DNA from: Bacteroidota bacterium
Lineage (GTDB): Bacteria > Bacteroidota > Bacteroidia > Bacteroidales > VadinHA17
Direction of reading: 5' to 3'
Assembly: GCA_043800695.1 (NCBI GenBank)
Contig: JAZDMU010000012.1
Location: 13,883 to 77,882, forward strand
DNA: 64,000 nt
Every line of letters begins with the position of its first letter. The stretch's first letter is position 1. Below the pieces are notes generated by a model. It had not been told where the DNA came from, searched no databases, and saw only the letters and a list, made by a program, of their open reading frames with translations. Below are positions 20,300-30,497 of the stretch, piece after piece. The position numbers were made by a program, and so were the translations under genes.

Positions 20300-20923
20300 T
20301 TAAGCGGATGAGAGTAACCTGTATGTCAATCCTTCAATCCTTGAGATGCGGTTGATTATCCTTTCCCTGGCCAATGCCCTGAAGCTTATGATGATCCTGC
20401 ACTCCAGGTCAAAAGAGTGCTCTGACTGTTTTATATCCTCTTCCCTGATGATCTTCATTACACTCTTCATTGCGGCATAGGGATAATTGATCTCATAGAA
20501 TTCATGGATTACATGATCGATAATTTCAGCTTTTTCAAGCGCTGACGCCGCAGCTTTCTTATATGCATTGATCAATCCGCTCACGCCGAGAAGTGTACCT
20601 CCGAAATAACGCGTAACAACTATCAGCACATTAGTGACGCCAAATGACCTTATCTGTCCAAGAATAGGACGGCCTGCGGTGCCAGAAGGCTCTCCGTCAT
20701 CATTTGCTCTCCAGATAAGGCCTTCCATGCCCAGCAGATATGCATAGCTATGATGTTTCGCATCATGATAAGTCTTCCTTGTTTCTTCAAGAATTGAATC
20801 GATCTGATCCTGATCCCTGACTGGCCATGCTTCCGCAATGAACCTGCTTCCCTTGTCTTTGAAGGATCCTGAAGAGAGCGACTTAATGGTTTTAAATGAA
20901 TCACCGGGAGGCATTTCCATCAT
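20300..20923 (-). CDS. yigZ: IMPACT/YigZ family protein (UPF0029)
   Basis: GSRFIA...HHSYAY...DDGEPSGTAGRPIL motifs. The ORF-caller start at 20932 is GTG; the first ATG is at 20923. Confidence 0.75.
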   Translation of the reverse strand: MMEMPPGDSFKTIKSLSSGSFKDKGSRFIAEAWPVRDQDQIDSILEETRKTYHDAKHHSYAYLLGMEGLIWRANDDGEPSGTAGRPILGQIRSFGVTNVLIVVTRYFGGTLLGVSGLINAYKKAAASALEKAEIIDHVIHEFYEINYPYAAMKSVMKIIREEDIKQSEHSFDLECRIIISFRALARERIINRISRIEGLTYRLLSSA

Positions 20924-21024
20924 TTTTAACACAGGATAAATAACAACGCAATTTAATTAAAACTGCACCTTGTCCTGACTCTTTCTGTAAAAAATGATAT
21001 TTTTGTCATCAAGCGAGGCTCGAT

Positions 21025-21408
21025 ATGAATGTACTATTGAATGAAAAGGATCTCCAGAAGCTGATAGTGATCGGCGACAGGATCCTTATTAAACCAAAAA
21101 CACCGCAATCAAAAACAAAAAGCGGACTTTACCTGCCTCCCGGGGTCAATGAGAATGAAAAAGTGCAGATCGGATTTGTGTTGAAGGTGGGGCCGGGATA
21201 TCCAATTCCTTCAGTAAATGACACTGATGAACCATGGAAGAACAGGACTGATGAACCGAAGTATGTTCCTCTGCAGCCTAAAGAGGGCGATCAGGCAGTA
21301 TACCTTCAGAACAGCGCTATTGAGATCGAATTCAACAATGAAAAACTGTTTGTGGTGCCTCACTCTGCTATTTTACTGCTACTAAGAGATGACGGACTTT
21401 TTGAATAA
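21025..21408 (+). CDS. GroES/Cpn10-family co-chaperone-like protein (long form)
   Basis: GDRILIKPK...SGLYLP and GDQAVY motifs of the Cpn10 fold. At 127 aa it carries an insertion relative to canonical ~95-aa GroES. No groEL is adjacent. Confidence 0.55.
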   Translation: MNVLLNEKDLQKLIVIGDRILIKPKTPQSKTKSGLYLPPGVNENEKVQIGFVLKVGPGYPIPSVNDTDEPWKNRTDEPKYVPLQPKEGDQAVYLQNSAIEIEFNNEKLFVVPHSAILLLLRDDGLFE

Positions 21409-21417
21409 CATGGGAAA

Positions 21418-21792
21418 ATGAATAATCTGGCTCTTAAAGGGAAGAAGGTGCTCGTGGTGGAAGATGATCTTTCAAGCATGCTCTACCTGAACAAGATACT
21501 TGAACGGGCAGGTGCAGTGGTACTGAATGCTGGCGACGGGGTGGAAGCCATCAGAGTTACAGAGGAGAACATCGATATTGAAATGATACTGATGGATATA
21601 CAGCTCCCGGTCATGGATGGCTATACTTCGGCAAGAAAAATCAGGGAGCTTGGCCGGCCGATAAAAATAATTGCACAGACTGCATATGGAGTTTCAGGGG
21701 ATATGGAGGACATAATGACCTCAGGTTTTGATGATTATATCCTTAAACCAATTTATGCTGACCAGCTCATAGAGAAACTTGCTGCTCTCTGA
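21418..21792 (+). CDS. Stand-alone response-regulator receiver domain protein
   Basis: VLVVEDD, phospho-acceptor MDIQLPVMDG, and T/K (AQTAYG...KP) motifs. No output domain. Confidence 0.85.
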   Translation: MNNLALKGKKVLVVEDDLSSMLYLNKILERAGAVVLNAGDGVEAIRVTEENIDIEMILMDIQLPVMDGYTSARKIRELGRPIKIIAQTAYGVSGDMEDIMTSGFDDYILKPIYADQLIEKLAAL

Positions 21793-21809
21793 GCCCTGCT
21801 CCCTGAGCA

Positions 21810-22982
21810 TTATTCCTTATACACCGCCATCCTGTTGAATTCCTTTCTGAACTCATCTATTTCCACCTCCCAACGCTGTTTTTCGAGCCTGACCGGTTTG
21901 CGGTTTATCAGTAATTCCCTCATCGATGAATCTCCTGAAAGTATGTCAAACGGCATAAGTTCATACTCGTATTCGTAGGGAGGATTATTGAACCTGAGCT
22001 CTCCCGGAGATGTCTCAATGATGGCATCAAATATTTCAAGCGCGGCGGCAACAGGACGATATGCTGCAGGATCGGTTACATGGATCTGCATCCCGCTGCA
22101 GAGCTCCCCCTGGTACTTGCTAAATGTTGGAATGAAGTTGTGAACCCTGAAAACAGAGCCCGCGATTCTGCGTTTATCAAGATTTTCCTTAAGCTTTTCA
22201 GAATTGATGAATGGTGCGCCAAAAAGTTCGAAAGGAATGGTTGTACCTCTTCCTTCTGAAATGTTCAGTGCCTCAATAAGAACAGTACCTGGATAGACAA
22301 TTGCTGAATTCAGTGCCGGCATGTTTGGTGAAGGAAGAACCCATGGAAGCCCTGTTTCGGAAAACAATGAGTTCCTCTTCCATCCTTTCATCCACACAAT
22401 GTTCAGGTCGCACTTCGGGAAATACTTATCCCTTAGCCATAATGCCATTTCACCGATTGTCATCCTGTGGCACAGCGGTATTGATGCACCTCCAACGAAT
22501 GTAAAAAAGTTCTCCTTAAGCACAGGCCCGTCAAACGGCAATCTTCCTACCGGGTTCGGTCTGTCAAGTATCCAGACAGGGATTCCTGCTTCAGCACATG
22601 CTTCCATGCAAAGTTTTACTGTCCAGATATATGTATACAGCCTTGCCCCGACATCCTGCAGGTCAATCATCAGCACATCGATCTCCTTAAGCATCGCCGG
22701 TGACGGCTTTCGGTTCTTTCCATACAGGCTGAAAACCGGAATTTTATAGAGAGGACTCAGGTTCCCTTCCCACTCGATCATGTTATCCTGTGTCTGCCCG
22801 AACATCCCGTGCTGGGGACCGAAAAGAGCACTCAGCGTACAATCAGGCCTGCTGAAGATCAGATCAGTAATGTGAATAAAATCCTTAGTTATACTCGGCG
22901 CATGGCATAAAATGCCGATTCTTTTACCTTTAAGCTGCACCGGGAACCTTTTACGGATAATTTCCAGCCCTGTTTCAACCAT
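21810..22982 (-). CDS. DUF1343 family protein (NamZ-like exo-beta-N-acetylmuramidase)
   Basis: 390 aa. Family-typical N-terminus (GKRIGILCHAPSI) and overall length. The call rests on recognition of DUF1343 sequence character. Confidence 0.65.
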   Translation of the reverse strand: MVETGLEIIRKRFPVQLKGKRIGILCHAPSITKDFIHITDLIFSRPDCTLSALFGPQHGMFGQTQDNMIEWEGNLSPLYKIPVFSLYGKNRKPSPAMLKEIDVLMIDLQDVGARLYTYIWTVKLCMEACAEAGIPVWILDRPNPVGRLPFDGPVLKENFFTFVGGASIPLCHRMTIGEMALWLRDKYFPKCDLNIVWMKGWKRNSLFSETGLPWVLPSPNMPALNSAIVYPGTVLIEALNISEGRGTTIPFELFGAPFINSEKLKENLDKRRIAGSVFRVHNFIPTFSKYQGELCSGMQIHVTDPAAYRPVAAALEIFDAIIETSPGELRFNNPPYEYEYELMPFDILSGDSSMRELLINRKPVRLEKQRWEVEIDEFRKEFNRMAVYKE

Positions 22983-23134
22983 GATATATTTTTATTAAGC
23001 AAATTTAACAGCCACAAGTTAATTAATCGTGTTTCACATTTGCACAAAATGAATATTCTTTTCTATGTTTATGACGTGAAAATATAGCATATTGCAGGCT
23101 GAAAAGGGCAAAGATAAAGGATACAATCTCGTAA

Positions 23135-24925
23135 ATGATTAAATATATGCTGTTTATGAAAAGGATAAGTCTTTGGAGAATCTCATGTGGAATTCTTACC
23201 GCTGCATTGTTTACGTCATGTGCGGAGAATGAAACAGTGAATATCAGCATCGTTGAAACAACCGACATTCATGGTGTAATACTGCCCTGGGATTATACTG
23301 AAGGCAAACAGCTTGATGCTTCGCTTGCTTCCACGGCAGGATATGTAAAGGAATTAAAAGAAGAAAAAGATGCCGTGTTTTTGCTCGATAACGGTGATAA
23401 CCTCCAGGGGCAGCCTTGTGTTTACTATTATAATTTCATTGACACAACATCACCTCATCTTATGGCTGAAGCATTCAACCGGATGGAATTTGATGCTTCA
23501 ACTGTTGGTAACCACGATATAGAAGCCGGGCATGCGGTTTACGACAGACTGGCGAGAATGTACAGTTTTCCCCTTCTTGCTGCAAACGCTATCGATCTGA
23601 AAACAGGGGAGCCATATTTCAAGCCTTATGTCATTATTGAAAAAGCAAAAATTAAAATCGCAGTTCTGGGACTGATAACACCTGTTGTCCCGACATGGCT
23701 GCCGGAAGAGCTTTACTCGGGAATGGAATTCAGTGACATGGTTAAAACGGCTGAGAAATGGATGCCGGAGATACTGAAACATAAACCCGACGTTGTAGTG
23801 GGTCTTTTTCATTCAGGGTGGAATACACAGGACGATGCTTATAAGTCTGAATCATACATGAACGAGAACGGAACTGCTGCAGTAGCATGGAAAGTGCCCG
23901 GTTTTGACATTATCTTATGCGGCCATGATCACAGGCCGGCAAATGAAATATTTGTTAATTCGCAGGGTGATACAGTGCTAATTCTGAACGGGGGAAGCAG
24001 GTCTGAACTGCTTGCCAGAGCTGACATTGAAATAAGCACGGCAAAACTTAAGGGGAAAAGGATAATATCGATCACCGGAGAACTTATTGAACTAAAGGAT
24101 GTGCCTCCGGATGCTTCCTTCATTTCAGAATTCAGCTCGAAGGACAAACAAGTCAGGGATTATGTCGATAGGGTAATAGGCACCTCTACATTCTCAATAT
24201 CCTCGCGCGACTCATATTTCGGACCCTGCGCGTTTACAGACATGATACATTCAATTCAGCTGCAGATAACAGGTGCTGATATTTCATTCGCGGCGCCACT
24301 CTCATTCGACGTTGAAATTTCGAAAGGCCCGGTCAGGGTGGGTGACATGTTCAAACTATACAGGTATGAGAATATGTTATATACAATGACATTTACGGGA
24401 ATTGAGGTTCAGAAATACCTTGAGTACTCATATTCAGAATGGATAAATACTATGAAGGGCCCGGGTGATTACCTGCTGCAATACCGGGTCGACAGGGAAG
24501 GTAAACCGGTTATCATCAATGGCAGGGCATGGCTCGCAAATGCTTACTACAACTTCGATTCAGGCGCCGGCTTGAATTATACCGTTGACGTCAGCAAGCC
24601 TGAAGGCAGCCGGGTTAAGATCACTTCTCTTTCAAACGGAGAGCCTTTTAAAAAGGAGACATTTTACACGGTTGCACTTAACTCATACAGGGGAAATGGA
24701 GGGGGCGGGCACCTCACAAGAGGGGCAGGCATCAAACAGGAGGAACTCCTTTCAAGAGTACTCTCTTCGACAGACAGGGATTTAAGGTATTACATTCTGA
24801 AATACATTGAAGAAAAAGGAGTCCTTGATCCACAACCAATGAACAACTGGAAGTTAATTCCTGAGAATTGGGTAAGTGGCAGGGTTCCTGTGGAGTATTC
24901 AATGCTATTTGGAACAACAAAATAA
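23135..24925 (+). CDS. Bifunctional metallophosphatase/5'-nucleotidase (UshA-like) lipoprotein
   Basis: TTDIHG, DNGDNLQG, GNHD and GHDH metallophosphoesterase motifs. A probable lipoprotein start lies at 23156 (MKRISLWRISCGILTAALFTSC). Confidence 0.8.
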   Translation: MIKYMLFMKRISLWRISCGILTAALFTSCAENETVNISIVETTDIHGVILPWDYTEGKQLDASLASTAGYVKELKEEKDAVFLLDNGDNLQGQPCVYYYNFIDTTSPHLMAEAFNRMEFDASTVGNHDIEAGHAVYDRLARMYSFPLLAANAIDLKTGEPYFKPYVIIEKAKIKIAVLGLITPVVPTWLPEELYSGMEFSDMVKTAEKWMPEILKHKPDVVVGLFHSGWNTQDDAYKSESYMNENGTAAVAWKVPGFDIILCGHDHRPANEIFVNSQGDTVLILNGGSRSELLARADIEISTAKLKGKRIISITGELIELKDVPPDASFISEFSSKDKQVRDYVDRVIGTSTFSISSRDSYFGPCAFTDMIHSIQLQITGADISFAAPLSFDVEISKGPVRVGDMFKLYRYENMLYTMTFTGIEVQKYLEYSYSEWINTMKGPGDYLLQYRVDREGKPVIINGRAWLANAYYNFDSGAGLNYTVDVSKPEGSRVKITSLSNGEPFKKETFYTVALNSYRGNGGGGHLTRGAGIKQEELLSRVLSSTDRDLRYYILKYIEEKGVLDPQPMNNWKLIPENWVSGRVPVEYSMLFGTTK

Positions 24926-24940
24926 TATGCATTTTTGTTA

Positions 24941-24948
24941 TACATTTG
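24941..24948 (+). promoter_or_regulatory. Bacteroidota -7 promoter box (TAnnTTTG)
   Basis: TACATTTG lies 30 nt upstream of the ATG at 24978. Confidence 0.35.
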
Positions 24949-24977
24949 CAGTCTTATTATTTAATAATTTTTAGCTT

Positions 24978-26072
24978 ATGAAATCAAGATATTTAAATCT
25001 GATAGTGATTTTAGCACTGATCCTTGCAGGGACTCTTTTCCCGGTTACTGATGCTTCTGCAAAGCAGCCCAAAAAGCCCAAAAACATCATTCTGTTCATT
25101 GGCGACGGCATGGGTGTGGCACAGGTCCATGCTGCAATGGCAGTAAGTGACCAGACACTTTATATGAGCCAGTTTCCCTATTCCGGATTGTGTATGACCC
25201 AATCAGCCGATAATTATACTACTGACTCAGCTGCCGCAGGAACTGCGATTGCCTGTGGTGTGAAGACAAATAACGGCATGATTGGTGTAACACCCGACGG
25301 GACAGTTGTGCCGTCGATAACTGAGATTGTCCGCCAGAAGGGGATGGCAACGGGAGTTCTCAGCACAAGTGCGGTTACACATGCGACTCCGGCATCTTTT
25401 GTTGCTCATAATTCAGGAAGGGGTAACTATGAGGATATAGCTCTTGATTTTCTGAGCGGAACTGCAGATGTGTTTATAGGCGGAGGTGAAAATCATTTCA
25501 GAAACAGGAAAGACGGAAAGGACCTTGCATCTGACCTTGAAGCCAGGGGTTATGATGTTGTTTATTCCATGGATGAGCTTAAGGCTTCAGCAGAACCAAA
25601 AATTGCAGGACTGCTCTCAAAAGAGCACATGCCTACAGTTCTTGAAGGCAGGAAAGGAATGCTTGAGGCAATGGTTGAGAAGGCAATTGAGACATTGAGC
25701 AGAGACAAAGAAGGTTTTTTCCTGATGGTCGAAGGATCAATGATCGACTGGGGATGCCATGAAAACAATATTGAATACACCCTCGCTGAAACAATAGACA
25801 TGGATAAGGCTGTAGGGGTCGCATTGGATTTTGCAAAGATAAACAAGGAGACTCTGATAGTTATAACCGCCGACCATGAAACTGGAGGACTGACAGTTCC
25901 CGGAAAAGACACGAAAACAAATGAGCTCATCACGCATTTTTCCACAAAAGGGCACTCATCAATAATGGTCCCAATATTTTCGTTTGGGCCGGGCGCAGAG
26001 GAATTCTCGGGAATAAATGACAACACTTTCTTTTTTGACATGTTCCTGAAATTGCTGAAAATCACGAAATAA
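24978..26072 (+). CDS. Alkaline phosphatase (PhoA family), secreted
   Basis: Signal peptide, FIGDGMG, nucleophile motif TDSAAAGTA, and C-terminal metal ligands (DWGCHEN, ADHETGG). Confidence 0.85.
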   Translation: MKSRYLNLIVILALILAGTLFPVTDASAKQPKKPKNIILFIGDGMGVAQVHAAMAVSDQTLYMSQFPYSGLCMTQSADNYTTDSAAAGTAIACGVKTNNGMIGVTPDGTVVPSITEIVRQKGMATGVLSTSAVTHATPASFVAHNSGRGNYEDIALDFLSGTADVFIGGGENHFRNRKDGKDLASDLEARGYDVVYSMDELKASAEPKIAGLLSKEHMPTVLEGRKGMLEAMVEKAIETLSRDKEGFFLMVEGSMIDWGCHENNIEYTLAETIDMDKAVGVALDFAKINKETLIVITADHETGGLTVPGKDTKTNELITHFSTKGHSSIMVPIFSFGPGAEEFSGINDNTFFFDMFLKLLKITK

Positions 26073-26127
26073 AATATTAGAGGATTTATCCCGTTATATT
26101 CTCAGAGGTTTCAGCCTCACCATCAAA

Positions 26128-26757
26128 ATGGTTAAGAGACCGGACAAAACATTTGGAGACAGACTATTGCCTCTGGTTGAAGATTTTTATTCAATACAGG
26201 GAGAGGGTTTTCATTCAGGCAAAGCTGCATACTTCTTAAGGCTTGGCGGCTGCGATATCGGCTGCAGGTGGTGCGATACACCTCTCTCATGGGACCCGTG
26301 TAATCACCCGTTAGTTGAGGTTACTGAAATTGTCAGCAAAGTAATCCGTTCCGGCACGGATTCTGTTGTTGTTACCGGAGGAGAGCCGCTAATGTGGAAC
26401 CTTGATTATCTGTGCTCCAAGTTGAAAAAAAACAAAATAATAACATACCTTGAGACTTCCGGGGCATACCCCCTCACCGGGAAATGGGACTGGATATGCC
26501 TTTCACCAAAAAGGAACCTGCCACCGCGCGAAGAAATATGTCCTCTTGCAGATGAGCTGAAGATTATTGTGGAAGATAAAGACGATCTGGAGTGGGCAGA
26601 GAAATTCAGAAATAAAGTTGGTTCAGGCTGCAGGTTGTATCTTCAGCCGGAATGGAGCAGATTTGAATCAGTGATACCGGTGATCGTTGACTATGTGAAA
26701 GCTCATAAGGAATGGCGTGTTTCACTGCAGGTCCATAAATACATGCACATACCCTGA
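26128..26757 (+). CDS. queE: 7-carboxy-7-deazaguanine synthase (radical SAM)
   Basis: CDIGCRWCDT cluster motif. Size (209 aa) and C-terminal LQVHKYMHIP are typical of QueE. Confidence 0.8.
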   Translation: MVKRPDKTFGDRLLPLVEDFYSIQGEGFHSGKAAYFLRLGGCDIGCRWCDTPLSWDPCNHPLVEVTEIVSKVIRSGTDSVVVTGGEPLMWNLDYLCSKLKKNKIITYLETSGAYPLTGKWDWICLSPKRNLPPREEICPLADELKIIVEDKDDLEWAEKFRNKVGSGCRLYLQPEWSRFESVIPVIVDYVKAHKEWRVSLQVHKYMHIP

Positions 26758-26761
26758 GAGA

Positions 26762-28705
26762 ATGACCAGACCTTTGATCATACTATTCCTGATTCTGACA
26801 TCATGTTCTGCTTCCAGAACAGGCCTGGCACAGAGCCTGCATACAACCTCAACAAAAGCAGTTAAGCTGTACAATCATGGTGTTGAAGCTTATAATTATC
26901 TTGATTATGATGCAGCAACAACCGCATTTACATTGGCTCTTGAGATCGATTCAAGATTTTACGAGGTATACATGATGCTTGGAGAGTTATATTCAAAACA
27001 GGGCAATTATTCTCTGGCAGCGCAGAATTACAAAGAGGCCCTGACACTTGACTCGCTGATTTATAAACCTGGTTTTTTTGCTCTGGCAGATGCTGAAATG
27101 AAATCCGGTGACTATGAAAATGCCCTTGAACATTACAGAACCTATCTGAACTATAAGGACGGTTCGGAAAAGAACAGAGCTATTGCGCTGAAAAACACCA
27201 GGAATTGCGAATTTGCAATAGAAGCGATCAAGAAACCTGTCATCTTTGATCCTCAAAGCGCGGGTTCCGGGGTAAATACCTCCGACGATGAATACTGGCC
27301 CTCAATTACAGCAGATGGCAGTATTCTGATGTTCACTCGTCAGTCTTATTCCAGGTCGCAGGTTCCTCTCGCAAGAAATACTTCGCAGGAGGATTTCTAC
27401 ATAAGCTTCCTTGATGGGAACAAATGGGGGCTGGCAGTGAATGCCGGTTCTCCTCTTAATACTAGTTCCAATGAAGGGGCCCAGACACTATCATCAAATG
27501 GTAACTATATGTATTTCAGTGCCTGTGAAAGAAGGGGCGGCATGGGAAGCTGTGATATCTATTTCTCAGCTTTAAACGGAGGAAACTGGACGGTCCCGTA
27601 CAATCTCGGTTCTCCGGTAAACACGGCAGCCTGGGAATCAACCCCGTCGATCAGCGCTAACGGCAATCTTCTGATATTCTCAAGCAACAGGCAGGGAGGA
27701 TCGGGAGGCAAAGATCTCTGGTATTCTTTAATGCAAGAAACCGGAACATGGTCGGTGCCTTTAAATCTGGGTCCTAAGATAAATACCAATGGAGAAGAGA
27801 TGTCACCCTTCATACATTTTGACGGTAAATCTCTCTATTTTGCGTCTGACGGACACCCGGGGATGGGAGATTTTGACATCTATATGACAACAATGAATGA
27901 TGACAGCACCTGGTCTGAGCCCCGTAATCTCGGATATCCAATAAATACTTATAACGATGACATGGGACTGGTAATTGAAACCAGCGGGCAGAAAGCCTGG
28001 TTCTCGTCAAAGAGGGGATCAGGTTCAGGAAAGGATATTTATTATTTCAGCCTTGATGAATCGCTTAGGCCTACTCCTGTTTCATACCTTAAGGGCAAAG
28101 TGTCGGACAGGGAGACAGGCAGGTTCCTTAAGGCAGATTATGAACTGATAAATCTTTCAGACAATATCATCTCTGCTAAAAGCACCACGGATGAGTCAGG
28201 CAATTTTCTTGTCTGCCTTCCATCCGGCAAAAACTACGGGATAAATATTTCAAAACCCGGGTATCTCTTCCATTCAGAGAACTTCATGTTTGAAGGAGAG
28301 CATACTGCAATAGAGCCTTTTATTAAAAGGATATCCCTGAGCCCGGCGAAGTTAGGAGAGAAGATGACCCTTTCAAATGTATTCTATGAGATTGATTCAT
28401 GGGAGCTTAAGAAGGAATCAGTATCTGAGCTCAATAACATGGCTGAGCTTCTGTCGGAGAACATGGATCTCATTGTTGAGATAGGCGGATATACCGATTC
28501 AACCGGCACCGATCAGCATAACATGGTGCTCTCTGAAAAGCGAGCTATATCAGTAGTCAATTACCTCATAACAAAAGGGATATCGCAGGACAGGCTTAAA
28601 TACAGGGGATATGGCAACACTTCGCCAGTCGGCGATAATGTGACTGTCGAAGGAAGAAGGTTGAACCGCAGGACCGAGGCCAGAGTGGTGGGGTTAATAA
28701 AATAA
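26762..28705 (+). CDS. TPR + PD40 (TolB-like) repeat + OmpA-domain outer-membrane-associated lipoprotein
   Basis: Likely start MTRPLIILFLILTSCSA (lipobox) at 26762. N-terminal TPRs, repeated xxDEYWPSISxDG / WESTPSISANG PD40 motifs, and a C-terminal OmpA_C motif (GYTDSTG...NRRTE). Confidence 0.8.
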   Translation: MTRPLIILFLILTSCSASRTGLAQSLHTTSTKAVKLYNHGVEAYNYLDYDAATTAFTLALEIDSRFYEVYMMLGELYSKQGNYSLAAQNYKEALTLDSLIYKPGFFALADAEMKSGDYENALEHYRTYLNYKDGSEKNRAIALKNTRNCEFAIEAIKKPVIFDPQSAGSGVNTSDDEYWPSITADGSILMFTRQSYSRSQVPLARNTSQEDFYISFLDGNKWGLAVNAGSPLNTSSNEGAQTLSSNGNYMYFSACERRGGMGSCDIYFSALNGGNWTVPYNLGSPVNTAAWESTPSISANGNLLIFSSNRQGGSGGKDLWYSLMQETGTWSVPLNLGPKINTNGEEMSPFIHFDGKSLYFASDGHPGMGDFDIYMTTMNDDSTWSEPRNLGYPINTYNDDMGLVIETSGQKAWFSSKRGSGSGKDIYYFSLDESLRPTPVSYLKGKVSDRETGRFLKADYELINLSDNIISAKSTTDESGNFLVCLPSGKNYGINISKPGYLFHSENFMFEGEHTAIEPFIKRISLSPAKLGEKMTLSNVFYEIDSWELKKESVSELNNMAELLSENMDLIVEIGGYTDSTGTDQHNMVLSEKRAISVVNYLITKGISQDRLKYRGYGNTSPVGDNVTVEGRRLNRRTEARVVGLIK

Positions 28706-28706
28706 A

Positions 28707-28725
28707 TGGCCGTTTACCCCGGCCA
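28707..28725 (+). terminator. Possible weak terminator hairpin
   Basis: TGGCCG-tttaccc-CGGCCA sits immediately after the stop at 28705. The trailing T-run is poor. Confidence 0.25.
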
Positions 28726-28782
28726 CTTATTCTCTGCATCCCATTCTGCAGGATAGTCAGACATTGCTGCATTGTTTGCTAA

Positions 28783-29604
28783 TCAGATCGCAATCATGGT
28801 ATTGATGTATCTGTTTATATCAATATCCGAGCTTTCAACAATTTTGGCGGGAATTGAAAAATAAATCCCCGTGCCTGTAAGGCCGTTGCATTCAACCCAT
28901 AATGTTCCGCCCAGCATACGGATAAGCTTCTTGGCCAGGGTGAGGTTGATCGCTGAAATAGTATCGTTATAGGTGGTCAGCGAGTTGTTCAGATCCTCTG
29001 TATGAAGAAATTCTTTGCATTTGAAATATCCCTGGCCTGAATCTAATACATAGAACGTAATTTTTTCGTTCCTGAAGTAGTAACCGATTTTAATATAACC
29101 CGACCTTGTATTCCTGAGTGAGTTCTGAAACAGGTTGCGAATTACCCTGAACACCCTGTTTATGTCAATCAGCACCTCAGTTGTTTCAGCCGAGCCATTC
29201 TCTGTTACCAGTGTTATTTCCCTGTAAGCCTCTTTCTTTAAAACTTCCCTGAATTCCGAAAGCAGGTCATCGAGAATATTGTTGAATTTGCAGATTTTAA
29301 AATCAGATTTTGAAATGCCGGCATCAAGAATAGCCGAATCAAGAAAATTATCGAAAAGGCCGATAAGCTGTTCACAGGAGTCAAGAATCTGATCGCTGAA
29401 CTCTTCCCTTTCCTTCTTGTCGCACCCTGTCTTTGTCATCAGGTATGAAAATGCCACTATCGCATTCATATGCGTCCTAACCTCATGTGACATGCCCTGA
29501 AGTATTGTCGGACAATTGATCATACTGGCATTCTCCGGAGAAATATTTGTTGCAACCGGATTCCCTTCAGCCATATGGTCTATATTTATTTTAAGGTTTC
29601 GCAT
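28783..29604 (-). CDS. Cytoplasmic histidine kinase with DHp+CA core only (no TM or sensor domain)
   Basis: H-box SHEVRTHMNAI, N-box NLFQNSLRNT, G1 DSGQG and G2 GLTGTGIY. Only ~35 aa precede the H-box. The first ATG is at 29604 (the ORF-caller TTG is at 29610). It begins 22-28 nt downstream of the preceding gene. Confidence 0.75.
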   Translation of the reverse strand: MRNLKINIDHMAEGNPVATNISPENASMINCPTILQGMSHEVRTHMNAIVAFSYLMTKTGCDKKEREEFSDQILDSCEQLIGLFDNFLDSAILDAGISKSDFKICKFNNILDDLLSEFREVLKKEAYREITLVTENGSAETTEVLIDINRVFRVIRNLFQNSLRNTRSGYIKIGYYFRNEKITFYVLDSGQGYFKCKEFLHTEDLNNSLTTYNDTISAINLTLAKKLIRMLGGTLWVECNGLTGTGIYFSIPAKIVESSDIDINRYINTMIAI

Positions 29605-29632
29605 AAACAAACTGTGTTCAGAGAAGAAAGAG

Positions 29633-30382
29633 CTAATTCATCTTTCTGAGAATACTCTTTGCATCTTTTTTATGAATACTTTCTGAGTTTTTTATGAGAG
29701 TCAGTTGTCCGGCGGCATTTTCCAGCTCACCTGTTCTCATGTAGCAGAGTGAGAGGTACCACTGCGCATCCTCAATGAAGAGGTTATCATTATTTACGAT
29801 TACCGTGGTGAATGATGTTCGGGCATCAGGGTAGTTCCTGACCTCAAAATTTGAAATGCCGTTCAGGAATGTTGATTCCATGTACTTATCATCTGACTGC
29901 AGGACTTTGCTGAAGTAAAGGGCAGCATTCCTGTAATCATGAATATTGAAGTACTCGATCGCCGTTGAATAATCAGAATTTAAAATGGCTTGCTGAGACC
30001 TTGAAGGTGTGGTTACTTCATACGATTTATAGAACCGGTCGAGTATCTCATCAGTGGTAAGGCTCCTGCCGTTATAATATAGAGCCATGCAGCCAACCAG
30101 GATGAAACCTGCAATGACCGCAGCATACCGGAGAGATATGCGTCTGGCCTGGTTTTTAACAGGTTTTTCTGCTGCCCTTATTCTTTCAATTTCAATAAGT
30201 TTATTACGCAATTTGATGGCTTCATGATCGCTGAGAACCATGTCCGTCATTTTTCTCATTTCAACTTCATTTCGAAGCTTTTCATTGTTTTCAAGTTCCT
30301 TCCGGAACCATATCTTTTCAGATTCATTCATTTCACCGGCATTAAACCTTTCGATGAAATACGAAAAGTCAATTGTTTTCAT
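29633..30382 (-). CDS. Single-pass membrane protein: anti-sigma-like N-terminus plus extracytoplasmic TPR domain
   Basis: N-terminus FIERFNAGEMNESEKIWFRKELENNEKLRNEV matches the common Bacteroidota anti-sigma N-domain pattern. One TM (LRYAAVIAGFILVGCMALYY). C-terminal TPR-like repeats (YRNAALYFSKVL..., AQWYLSLCYMRTGELENA). Confidence 0.5.
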   Translation of the reverse strand: MKTIDFSYFIERFNAGEMNESEKIWFRKELENNEKLRNEVEMRKMTDMVLSDHEAIKLRNKLIEIERIRAAEKPVKNQARRISLRYAAVIAGFILVGCMALYYNGRSLTTDEILDRFYKSYEVTTPSRSQQAILNSDYSTAIEYFNIHDYRNAALYFSKVLQSDDKYMESTFLNGISNFEVRNYPDARTSFTTVIVNNDNLFIEDAQWYLSLCYMRTGELENAAGQLTLIKNSESIHKKDAKSILRKMN

Positions 30383-30497
30383 GCTTCTGTATATTTAATT
30401 TATATTTTCATAACAAATTGTATCTCAAATACATGCGATTAACTGCATGATCTGTTTAAGCTGTACCCATACTACCCGGACCCATATAATGGACCGT

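Noticed and set aside
26128-26757. A radical-SAM enzyme near the peptide locus, considered as a possible peptide maturase.
   Set aside because: Its sequence and size fit QueE (the queuosine pathway). It is 4 kb away and separated from the locus by an unrelated OmpA-family gene. The peptide core has no Cys or other typical rSAM target residues.
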